DNA of 64,000 bases from Lophium mytilinum (taxonomy: Eukaryota): positions 2,212,616 to 2,276,615 of the forward strand of contig MU004186.1 in assembly GCA_010093605.1 (NCBI GenBank). The letters are read 5' to 3'. The notes under the pieces were generated by a model. The model saw only the letters and a list, made by a program, of their open reading frames with translations. It ran no database searches and had not been told where the DNA came from. Shown here piece by piece: positions 52,927 to 64,000 of this stretch. Both the position numbers and the translations under genes were made by a program. Every line of letters begins with the position of its first letter. Position 1 is the first letter of the stretch.

Positions 52927-53263
52927 CAGTAAAACCTGATTATAGTGATACGGTTTTTTCCGAGGTTTCGTATCACTGTACAGAGAGTATCACTGTAACA
53001 GAAGTCACGTGTCGGCGATTTGTAAGCCATTGACCCCCAAAACAGCGAGATCTAGGGGTCTTTGGGGGCGGTCGGAGGTGCCACGGACCACCCGCCCATA
53101 CAAAAACCCCCCTGGCTAGTATGATTTCGGTGAGAGGGTACTAGTGATACCATAGTAAGCAGGGATATTACTATACCCATACAAATTTCCACGGTCAGCC
53201 GAAATTTATCACTCTATAGAGTATATCACTATCCACCGGTAACACTATAATCAGGTTTTACTG
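52927..53263. mobile_element. MITE, Tc1/mariner superfamily (non-autonomous), 337 bp
   Basis: Perfect 21-bp TIR CAGTAAAACCTGATTATAGTG; TA target duplication at 52925-52926 and 53264-53265; subterminal TATCACT repeats; no coding capacity. Confidence 0.9.
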
Positions 53264-54145
53264 TATTGCACGGGGCGGTCCTTATGCCGGCGCGGTAAGA
53301 AAAGCATGAGGGGTGAGGGCAGGGTGAGGGTTTTTGTTCGGCGGATCTCTCGATGCGACGGCTGAGACGGTGGTGTCGTTTCAGCCCGTGGCTCCGTGGT
53401 GCTGATTGGCCAGCGCGTCGAGTGAGCAGATCCACTCGATGCTGGCGGCCAAGAGGCTCTCAGCGGCTCCTGGGCTCCCTTCACTCGCATTGCCAATGCC
53501 ATTCTAAGCTTCTCCTTCTTCTCTTCGTTGCCTCCAGCGCTGCTGAGACGGCCGCTGGTTTCTACTCCTCTTTCGCCGCTTGCCGCCCGCCTTTGACCGC
53601 CAACCTCTGTCGCTCAATAAAGGCCCACGCCACAACCTCAAGCTGAAAGCGACGGCGACAAGACCCGACTCACCCACCCCCAGCGAGTGTTTCGCCGTGC
53701 CCGTTTCAACCACCGAAACCTCCATATACCTGTCCTGACCTCGACACCACGAGTGCAGCGGTTCGACATCGCCTGCCCGTCACCCTCTTACGCCTCACGC
53801 CGCCCAGACACTCCCTCGGATAGCTGCTGAGCCTCCGACGCCGCTGTGTCACCGAGCCAGCTGCCACTCTCCGCTCGAGGATTCGCGACCTTCTCCTGTC
53901 TCACAGACTTGCTCCTTTAGCACCCACCGCCCGCGACCACGTCCACGAAAGTCGACTGCTGCATCCTACGGTCCCGCCCCGTCGGTCCCAATACTCTCGA
54001 ATACGCCCTCGCTCTATTGTCAATCCACCATGCCGTTCTGACGACATCGTGCCGCACTCGATCGTGGAGGAACACAGTCTCTCCGCCGAACGCAATACAG
54101 ATATATTGGTAGCATTCCCGCTGTCTTGCCGCTCCGCCATTCGCC

Positions 54146-57100
54146 ATGGCCATGCTAGCGTCCAAGTCGCCCTACCCAACCCCCTCTCTGGGAGGCTCGG
54201 CATCTTCGCAGTACCCTACAACTGTCTCGAGCTACCGCGTGCAGGCGGCCTCGAGGTCGGACCATGCCTTTTTCGCATCGCCAACTGAGTCTGAGTTCTC
54301 GGAAAGCTACGATACGCCGGATTCCGTGAGGTAGGTTATTTCGAGAGTACGGCTTGAGGGATGCTGACAGGCGCAGGCATTGGGACGAGGACAAGGTAGC
54401 CGACTGGCTGCAACGGATCAACTGCTCGCAGTACATTGACCTCTTCAAGAGTGAGTTCTACGCGTCTAGTGAACCCGCCACGTGCTAATGACGACAGAAA
54501 ATCACATCAATGGCGAGAACCTCATGGAGATGGACCAAACGCATCTCAAGGACATGGGCATCAAGAAGATTGGCGACCGTGTGCGTATTGGAACTCAGGC
54601 CAAGCTCTTCAGGAACCGCGAGTACAGACGGGGATCGAAGCGGAGCTCGAATAGGGTACGACAGCACCGTTCTGCTTCCATCTCAGCTGCTAACGTCTAG
54701 TAGCAATCTCTCGCGGTTCTTGATCAGGCCGCAGCCTTCATTACTCCCCCGTCTTCAGGCTCCCCTCGCCCTACACATTCCAGCCGATCTATCCCCACCA
54801 GCTCCCGCTCCGATAAACGCATGTCTCGACAACTTACCGGAGCTGACTTTAGCTATGCATCCGCCCTCCCCTTCTCTAAGACCCCTTCTCGGCCAGGCTC
54901 TCCCCTCGTCGACCAAGAAAACCGCAGCATTCGATCTCAGCAGTACACGGGCACGAGCAGCCCAAAGAACCCTGGTAAAAAGGACATACCGCAGTACTTT
55001 GGCTACCCCCTCAGCGCCGGGCTAAACAGTGCGCGGGCTCCAGAGGGCATTCAAACTGCTCGCTATGTGACGCAGACTCGAACAACCCCAACTGAGACAC
55101 CTCAAACTGCCCGTTTTGCCCACCACGTTCGAGCGAGTCCCAGCTTAGACAACGCCACAAATAGCGCCATTCTCCCTGCCGACAAAGCACTCATTCGCGT
55201 TATTTTTGATAACGGTCGCTCCTCTGTTGTTAGCATCGAGAATTGCAAGACAGCAGAGGACATTATGTTGAAGACACTACGCAAAGGCTACCTGAACGAG
55301 GCGCATGTAAAGAACTATTGCTTCTATGTACTCGATGGCCCCGAACCTACGCCAGCACTGTGCCGGCGACTCAGTGAGATAGAGCTGATCCGCATATGCA
55401 ACGACCGAGCACGTCTGGAAAAAGGCAGGCTCATCCTCCGGAAGATCCACACCGGCGAACCAGAAGACGACCAGCTCAAGACTGCTGCAGGTATCTATCA
55501 GCAGCAGCAGCTACAGCAGGTGCAGAACGTCATCCTACCTACCAACAACCGGAGCCAGTTGAAGGTTGAGAAGATCACGGGAGAATCGCTCGCCGCCGTC
55601 AGCTATCCTCTATCTCCAGCGTCCGCTCGCGAGCGTGAACGACACATCAACTCGACAGCCCAGGATCTCGAAAGAGCCGATAGCCTTCAGTCAACGACCA
55701 GTGCTCGTGCTCGAAAGCTGAAGCAATTCTACGGAGCTAGACCTCCGAGCGAGTTGATTACTTCCGATCTGACCTCCTACTTCCCAGACGTAGAAAAGGA
55801 GGAGATTGACAAGACCATTCGCATGTCTGTCCGCAGGTCACGTCGCATCAGTCGTGCTACAAGTCGTCTCAGCATGGCCTCCAACTTCAGCGTTGCTTCC
55901 TCTCTTCGAGATGCACCACCACTGCCTTCAATCGCTGATGCTTGGCTACAAGGTGCTGGCCAAGCCCGTCCACTTCGACCACTTTCAGTCATGCGGCTTG
56001 GCCTTCCATCTCAGTCTGGTTACCGTGATTCCATGGCATCGTCGGTGCTCGAACCACTAGAAGAGGAGTCACCACTCGAGCCCGACCGCAAATCGTACGT
56101 TTCCTTCGCCGGAGATGACAACGGATCGGAAACTGTTTCCGTCACCGACCCTGAAGGCCGTACAAACACATTGAGCTCCTACTTTGACGATGGTGGTAGC
56201 AGTCTCGCAGGTAGCAGCAGTGTCGGCACTGAGAACGGCGACTCGCTCAACAAGCGTCTCTCTCAGGCTATTGCTGACGACGGAGAAGAATTCGACGAGG
56301 AGCTCACCGACTACCTCGAGCAGGACAGCTGGGAGAACGTCAAGTACATGAAGGGTGCTCTCATTGGTCAGGGCTCATTCGGAAGCGTCTACCTCGCCCT
56401 ACACGCAGTCACCGGTGAGCTCATGGCCGTGAAGCAAGTCGAGATGCCCTCCAGTTCCGGCGCCTCCCAGATGGACCAGCGTAAAACCAACATGGTCGAA
56501 GCTCTCAAGCATGAAATCGGCCTTTTGCGCGACCTCAAGCACAAGAACATCGTTCAGTACCTCGGCTCCAACTCGGATGACACTCACCTCAACATTTTCC
56601 TCGAGTACGTCCCCGGTGGCTCAGTGGCAACTATGCTCGTCAACTACGGCCCACTCGGCGAATCCCTCATCCAGAACTTTGTCCGCCAGATCCTCACTGG
56701 CCTGGGCTACCTCCACTCTTGCGATATTATCCACCGCGACATCAAGGGTGCCAACATCCTCGTCGACAACAAGGGCTCTGTCAAGATCTCCGATTTTGGC
56801 ATCTCCAAGCGTGTTGAAGCGTCCAGCCTCCTCTCCACCCCTGGCTCAGGCAAAAAAGGGAACCAGCGCGTCTCACTCCAAGGCTCCGTCTTCTGGATGG
56901 CGCCCGAGGTCGTGCGGCAGACTGCCTACACGAGAAAGGCAGACATCTGGTCACTGGGCTGTCTCATCGTCGAGATGTTTACGGGTAGCCATCCCCATCC
57001 GAATTGCACGCAGCTGCAGGCTATCTTCAAGATCGGAGGTAGCGGGGATGCGAGCCCGACGGTGCCGGAGAATGCAGGCGAGGATGCGCGCGCATTCTTG

Positions 57101-57187
57101 AAGCAGACGTTTATGATTGATCATGAGGCTCGCCCGACGGCGGATGAACTGCTGGGGAGTCCGTTTTGTAACCCCAAGGCGGGTTGA
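54146..57187 (+). CDS. STE11: MAP kinase kinase kinase Ste11/SteC (SAM, Ras-association and kinase domains)
   Basis: N-terminal MAMLASK; SAM domain (WDEDKVADWL...KDMGIKKIGDRVRI); GARPPSELI; kinase GQGSFGSV, HRDIKGAN, DFG, SLQGSVFWMAPE; three introns near 54331, 54451 and 54656. Confidence 0.97.
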
Positions 57188-58157
57188 AAGCGTCTGAGAG
57201 ACGAAACTGTCAACAAACTTCAACATAACTGAGTGGGCTCTTCATGTGGTTCACTCTAAAAGGAGCGAGAGAGAGAGGCAGCGCCTCAAGGGATTTATTT
57301 TGGAAGCGGTGATGTCCGCGAATCGTTCTCGCCCACCAAACGCATAATTGGAACGATCAAAGGAATGGGGGAAGGGTAGATATCGGGTTCTTTCTTTTTT
57401 CCCACACGAAGTTACGAAAGCATGTCGCATGGACTGCGGACAGAGGAGTGTGGGCTTTATGCTTTCTAGTGATAGTAGTGTGGCACTTTTGATCGCCTCT
57501 TCGTCGACACTATCTATGGGTTGAGTGGAGGGGCCGGCTTTCTTCTACTTCTTACTCCTCTTCGCCGTCTTGGACTGTAACTATATGCAATGGGTTATTA
57601 TCGGGCTGGCTTGGTTGAATGGTGATGGGAGATGATGGATGGGGATGAGAGATGCGGCGGAATGTATTGTAGGATTATATGAGGATGAGAATCTTGTGCT
57701 TGAAATGTTCGTCTGCTTGAATGAAGGTGCTGTGCTTTAGGTGGTTTGCTCGATGGGTCTACGGGTTTCCTGCGTTTACTTGGATGTGGATGGGACGGGG
57801 GCTTTTGAGGGCACTGTAGATTACCCTTTTTCCGAAGTTTGATTCGGGACATCAGGATATCACACAACAGTATACCGAAATCGAGTTCAAATCGCACGGA
57901 CTGGCTCCCGTTTATGCATTCCAATGTTGTCAAACTGAGTCTATTTCTAGGCTCTAACCCAGGACGTTGTCAATAGTATGCCAGAACTAAGTTCAAACCG
58001 AATGGACTGGCTCCCGTTCATACCTCTTAACGGTGCCAAAACAACCCAATCCCAAGCTCCCATTCCCAGTCTCGCGATCTCTACATCCCGCATCTAACCA
58101 AACTCCAAACTCTCCTGAATATCAGCTCACACAACCTACGGTTTCCCCCATCCTCCA

Positions 58158-59744
58158 CTACGCCAAATCCAACACAACCCTCCCCCTCAACCGCCCCTGA
58201 TCCATCTCCTCAAACACATCCGTCAGCTTCTCCATCTTCTCAACGCGGTAGTGCGTCTTCACGACCCCCCTGGCCGCGAGTTCGAGAACCTCTCCAGCTT
58301 CCTTCCGATCGCCGACGGCGACGCCGACAATGCTGAGCGCTTTCGCGACGAGTATCTGAGGTGCGGCGGACGCGATGGGGAGCGCGGCGCCTTCGGGGAT
58401 GCCGACGCAGACGACGCGGCCGCCGAAGCGGAGAAGGGGGATGGAGGAGGCGTAGGCGGCGTTGGCGGCGGAGACTGGGGTTGAGAGCACGTGGTTAGCC
58501 ATTTCATTGATATTTTCAAGGGGAAATGAGGGGGCTGGGGGTTTCTGGGGACTGGGTTCGAGAGAGCCTGGCATGGGGGATTGGGAGAAGGGGAGCGGGT
58601 TACATACGGACTAAGACAGCATGCGCCCCTAGTCCGCCTGTTAATGCGAGGACTTGATCGGTGATAGACGGCGCGTCTTTGGGATCGGAGGCTTGGGGGA
58701 GCGGGATGAAGTGCTCGGCGCCGGATTCGAGCACGAGGTCTTTTTTGGAGACGTGGTCGACGCCGATGACCCTGTGGCTCATACCGCGCGAGGAGAGCTG
58801 GACGGCGATGTGGCCGAGGCCGCCGCCAGCACCTACACACCGCGAGCATCAGCAATCTTTGCTTCCAACCATTCATGTTCTCGTCCCTCTTAGCTGAGGA
58901 TTGGAGCTCTCAGCTCTCAAGCCCGCAGAAGGGGGCAAGCAAAGTCGTAGATATACACACCCAGCACAACGACCCACTCCCCACTCAACGCGCCACTCCT
59001 TCGCAAGGCTGCATACGTCGTTACGCCCGCACACAGCATCGGTGCCGCCTCAGCGCTGCCCAGGCCTTCGGGGATCGGGGTCACGTAGTTCGCGGGCGCA
59101 AGCACGTACTGCTGGAACGTGCCGGGGGTGTAGTAGCCGCTGATTTTCTGGTTGAAGCAGATGCCGTCGTGGCCTGCGAGGCAGGCGGGGCAGGAGGCGC
59201 AGGTTGCTGAGATCCATTTGACTGTAGGGAAAGAGGTGGAGTTAGCAGGAATTCGGTGGAGCTGAATCAAGACTACTTGGATGGTACGGGGAGAGGTATC
59301 ATGGAGTGTTTGCATAGGACGTACTCCCAACCCTATCCCCAACCTTCACTGGGCTCGCTGCAGCACTCCCAGCAGGTCCCATGGCTACTATCTTCCCGAC
59401 GCCCTCATGGCCGCCGACTTGGCCTGGTTGAGTTGGGAAGGGGAGGGACACCCAGTCGGATTTCATGACGCCGATGTCTGAGTGGCAGACGCCAGAATGC
59501 GTGCTAACATGATTCTGATCAGCGTTCTCAATTATCTTGGAATAGTTGAAATGCAAGCCAGTCCAACCAGAGAAGCATGGAAAGAGCCATATAGCGAGAG
59601 AAGCGGAATGGAAGCTCACAGATTCACAAGCACCTCCCCCGGCCCCGGAGTCGGCGTCTCCACCATCTCAATCTTCGTCGAGATGCTGCCGGGCTTGTCG
59701 TAGACGGCCGCCTTATGCGTTTTGGGGATGTGGATGTCGGCCAT
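58158..59744 (-). CDS. Zinc-dependent alcohol dehydrogenase (MDR family)
   Basis: [15 protein letters not shown], structural-Zn C..C..C.......[26 protein letters not shown]; four introns. Confidence 0.95.
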
Positions 59745-60949
59745 GACTGCGACTACTTTACTCAATCCCAATCTGCCGTTTCAGGTCACAAAAGTTGAGA
59801 GGAGAAGTAAGAAGCGATATAAGAAGTAATTGAAAGATGAAAGTAAACAGGTGACGCAACGCCGTTACACGCGAAAGAAGCAGTTCGGTAGCACGTAGGA
59901 AGCAGAGTCGGAGAAACAGAGTCGAACAAAGACGTCAGATTACCGCCCCTCCAATCGTGCCTAGTCTATTTACGCCTGATACCATGCGCACACGCGCGTG
60001 GATATGCCGTGTGTTGCCCACAACAAAGCTACTAGCCTGCCTCGGCCTAATCCTCTATGCCTGGGATGCGGGGGAACTTGCATTGGAGCACTTCGGTGCG
60101 GAGGCGGGCGGTTGGCAAGACGTACTACCCTGCTTCGACCTTCTGCACGTGGTGTAAATAGGATCCATGGCTCAAGGATTCCTGGGGCCGCGGAGCGTGA
60201 CGTATACGGGGATTGCGGGGTCTGATGGAATGGAAGAGTGGTGGTAGCTCGGGGATGGAGGTCGAGAAGCGGAGGTGGGTCTAGGAAGTGTGGCTGGTGT
60301 CTGGGCTGTCCTGAAGATAAGTGTGGCTGAAGCCGTGATAAAGGGAGGGGGCTAGGTAGGTATGGGTAATGGAGAGCTAGATATTGGTAATGAAGAGATC
60401 ATAAGACGGGAATACATGCTTCAGAAATGTAACAGGTAAGCCCATCTGTATCCGCCCAATCAACTCATCAGCGTTGAACTAAGTCGGAATCAATGTTAGC
60501 TACTGCAATGGCTCGTCGTAGATGTGCGTACGCATACCGCCGCATGAGGAGCCTCAAGGTGTTTCCAGCATTTCGGATGACAGGGAAGTTCCGCATGTTG
60601 ACCATAGTAAGCTCGCGAGGGTAGATACCGTAAACAGTGTTCACAGTGTGTACGCAGATTCTAAGTGCATTCTCGTTCCCAGCGTCAATTAGTACGCCGG
60701 AGCAGTGGTAAGAAAATGTACGGACGTCTACGAAAAGGCACTACGAGTATCGACATCACTTCATCTCAGAGGTGATTGAGTTTGTATTCTTATATTCAAG
60801 TATCATTCGAAGTAATCTCTAGACTATAGCGCTAGTCTGCTTACCCCGGAGCATGATTCGTAATCCGTATATCGTTGTAGTCCCAGCTACGTATGCGCCG
60901 TATCGAGATATACCTGACTATCATGATTGATATTTCCGTAGTGCTGTAT

Positions 60950-63059
60950 TCAAGCACCAACATGCACCATCTTTCCTAGCGCCATGTTAACATCAACACC
61001 CCACTCTCCGAACTGCTCAATCGCATCTTGAGCCCTCGGGACACCGATGAGCACGATACCAGCCGGCACAATGACGTCCTCAATGCCGAAACAGCTGAAG
61101 GCGACCAGCTTTTTCAACTTCGGGCAGGATTTGAAGATGCCAGCAACGACGATAGTATCGACGGTGGTGCAGAACGAAACGTTGAGCTCCTCAAGGCACG
61201 GATACTGCTTCTTGCCGTCGAAGACAGACGAGAAGGTGGCAAAGCTGATGTGGCGGCAACTCGCAATGTCGAGAGTGTGGAGCTTGAAGCCGGAGTGCTC
61301 CATCATTGCGGCGAATCCTGCGTCTCCGAGACCGATGACTTCCTCGGGACCTTCAGGGTTGGCGTTGTCGATGTCGCGGTTGCTGTTCACGTCGATGAAG
61401 CGGAGGGGAGGGTTCGCCCAGTCGGTGAAGAGGGCAGCAAAGGCCGCGTCAGTGGCGTAGTCGTTCTCTGTGAAGCGGAGTTTGGAGAGGCTACGGCATT
61501 GGGTGTGAATTGCGTCGAGGACATCGTCGCCGGCTTCGAGGAAGCGCTCAAGTGAGAGAGTCTGCAAGTTGGCGCCGACGCTGCCGATAACGTTGACGAT
61601 GCGTTCACCAGGGACTTCCTGGGAGATTTGTAGCGAGAGATGTTCGAGATGGGCAAGGTGAGCAATGGCATCGATGGCTGCAACACCGAGCTGGCGGCAA
61701 CGCTTGAACTTGAGGCGAGAGATGTTGGGGCAGTATCCGACCATCGCAGCAGCAGCATCGTCGTCGAATGAAGCATCAAGCCACTCGAGCTTCAGGGTCT
61801 CGAGCTGCTCGCCCTTCACTTTGAACATCCTGATCCACATGTCATTGGTGACAAGATTGGCGGCGTAGAGTTGGATATGCTTCAGCTCGGGGGCCTTCTC
61901 GAGCATGTACTCGACGCATCGGTCTTTGAATTGGCAGCAGTTGCGGAGCGCGAGTTTCTCGATGTGTGGAACAAACGCGAAGATATGCTCGTAGTCCTCG
62001 CACTCTAAATAAGCACACTCGTGGATAGCGACAGTCTTCAGGTCCGCGCGCAAGAACAGCTTCAACGTCTGAGGAGTGAGGACTCGCTTCTTTGAGAAGA
62101 TTTCGCAGAGACGCTCAATGATAGAATCTGGCAGATCGCCGAACTCCTCTACTTCTTGATGGTGCTGAACGATTTTCTCGATGCAGAGCTGCTGCAACGA
62201 CTTGGCTCCGTGGGTGACGATACCGTCGAGGCGGTTGCTCTCCACCTTGCGACGGGTCTTTCGAACGGCGGGCTTGTTGGCCTTCTCGGTCGCCTTCTCC
62301 TCCTTTGCAAGATCCTTTCCGCAGGGTGTGCAGACCAGACCACCGTCTGGGCCAGTTTTGCTGTACGGGGTGACGGTGAAGCGTTTGCTGCATGTCTCGC
62401 AATTCTCCAGCTGGCCTGGCAGCGGCTTGGACTTCTTGTACATGTTACCCAGAGCATCATCGTAATCTTCATCGGAGTCTTCGTCGTCAGAGTCGTCGCG
62501 CTTCTTCTTCTTGCTTGCAGCCTTCTTCTTGTCTTGCTTGCCCTTCTTCACCTTGGCGATGGCATCTTCTTGGTTCCTCTTGCGCTTGCGCGACCTCTCA
62601 ACAGCCTCGGCGACGGCATTCTCTTCGGCTTCCTGTTCTTCAGCTGTCTGCACCTGGTGGCTTGGACCTTCGCCGTTGTCTGGGGCCGCCTCGTCGCCAT
62701 CTTCACCACCTTGTTGCTCGGCCTGCTGAACTCGTTGGAGGTAGGAATCACGGATCTGGGCGGCGGAGATATTGTTCGCCTATTGGACCGCACGAGTTAG
62801 CCAGGGCTCGACGATACTGAGACTGGTTTGCTGGTCTTCAAAAGGCTAGGAGAAACTTACAGCAAGGAAGTCGGTCAAAGCGGAATGACTGTGACATCGT
62901 CAGCTCAGCTCAGATCACACATGCAATAGCTGCTGGAGACTTACGGTCCACGGATACCGGCGGTGCCACGGTTGGCGCCATTGTTGCGTGCGCGACGATT
63001 CGACCTGTTTGACGGATGATCAGTACGACCATCTCTCGAGCGATCAGGGAGCCTTACAT
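60950..63059 (-). CDS. RAD7: Nucleotide-excision-repair LRR protein Rad7
   Basis: IRGPHSALTDFLAANNISA N-terminal motif built from small exons; GQLENCETCSKRFTVTPY...CTPC; SLQQLCI; RNI-like LRRs. Confidence 0.93.
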
Positions 63060-63591
63060 TCTATCGCGAACCAAGAAGATGAAAGCGAATCGATCAAAAT
63101 TGCATCAATCAAAGCAGAGCGAGGTTGACTGGAGAGGTAGATGGTGGAAAGAAGTCTGGTGTTGGAGGTTGGGGTTGGTAGAAGTGAGGAGCGACAAGTC
63201 GGCGGTCGGTGGGGCCTTTTCAATTAACGCGTCTCGCGCAGTCAGGTGGCAATTAAGGCTTATTCAGAAGGGATTAGCGCCTTATTGAGTGCCCCTTTTT
63301 GCTAAAGGCTTTCACGTCATGCAAATGCATCACTGTCCAATGTGCTCCCATGACATTCCTGATACTCAATTGGTATTTTCTCCACGCCTTATGATCTGGA
63401 GCCCATAATGCACCCCCAGGGGCAGCCGAACAAGTATCGCCCCGATGCATACTCCTAAGCTATGCCGAATCCAGGACTGAAATCCCATGAATGAAAGATG
63501 CATCTCAAATTCCGAAGATACAACACCAACCTGTCCGTGCTGATGGGAAGGCCCCACCAGTACAGAAGAGTTTCAGCTGTCCGAGCGATTC

Positions 63592-64000
63592 CTAGAACCG
63601 GACGTCGTCATCGCTATCGCTGTGATCGTCATCGTCGTCTTCGTCATCCGACTTCCAGACTTCAGGCTCCGGGCTAGGAGGTTTCTAGAAATCAATTAGT
63701 ACAAGTCAACGTCGTGATGTATTCCGGGTACACTCACGTATGCCTTGATCTTGGCGAACTTGCCTCCGCCCGCATTGACGGTGCGCTGGGTAGCAGTAGA
63801 ATGGACAGATCCAGCGACAGACGACCCTGTAGTTGAACCACGTCCAGCAGGGTGTCCATATTTCGTAGGATCGAAACCGCCGGAGGAGAGGCCCGTCGGC
63901 TTGCTCTGCAAGGAAGAGGTCGCACGGGATGACTTTCCCTTCGCAATCATCCACTCTTCGTCCTCCTCCGCTGGCCGTCCACCGACCGAGCTACCAAGTC
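63592..64000 (-). CDS. 3' end of a protein-coding gene (low-complexity tail, acidic C-terminus; possibly Stc1-domain family)
   Basis: ...FDPTKYGHP...GKFAKIKAY, intron ~63738-63686, then KPPSPEPEVWKSDDEDDDDDHSDSDDDVRF*. The 5' part lies outside the window. Confidence 0.7.

Noticed and set aside
60876..60890. TGTAGTCCCAGCTAC is identical to an Alu/7SL motif
   Set aside because: Isolated 15-mer; the flanks do not continue the Alu/SRP sequence, so it is neither contamination nor SRP RNA.
1..64000. tRNA, rRNA, CRISPR arrays, Starship captain recombinase, secondary-metabolite core genes
   Set aside because: No cloverleaf/box A-B signatures, regularly spaced repeats, DUF3435-type tyrosine recombinase or PKS/NRPS ORF were seen by eye; a tRNAscan/Infernal run would be needed to exclude small RNAs.

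Overview
Eukaryotic, intron-rich fungal genomic DNA (filamentous ascomycete; the gene content and style suggest Dothideomycetes, which is inference). About 25 protein-coding loci: 3' end of cytosolic leucyl-tRNA synthetase, a GPI-type repeat cell-wall protein, TMEM135-like, bHLH factor, PTH11-like membrane protein, isochorismatase, VMS1, ML-domain protein, damaged amidase, a large uncharacterised protein, RING protein, Nudix hydrolase, FucP-type MFS, RFC5, DUF7514-like, STE11 MAPKKK, Zn-ADH and RAD7. Three mobile elements are visible. (1) A 3.07-kb RIP-mutated Mutator (MULE) element at 3525-6595 with ~125-bp TIRs and an 8-bp TSD. (2) A nested, largely non-RIPped 202-bp solo LTR at 5791-5992. 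(3) An intact 337-bp Tc1/mariner-type MITE at 52927-53263, upstream of STE11. The most unusual locus is an intronless 276-aa gene (6743-7573) with motifs resembling RelA/SpoT (small alarmone synthetase-like) nucleotidyltransferases, whose TATA box is the exact target site of the MULE. Exon boundaries were read by eye from GT/branch/AG signals and are approximate. No database searches were run.
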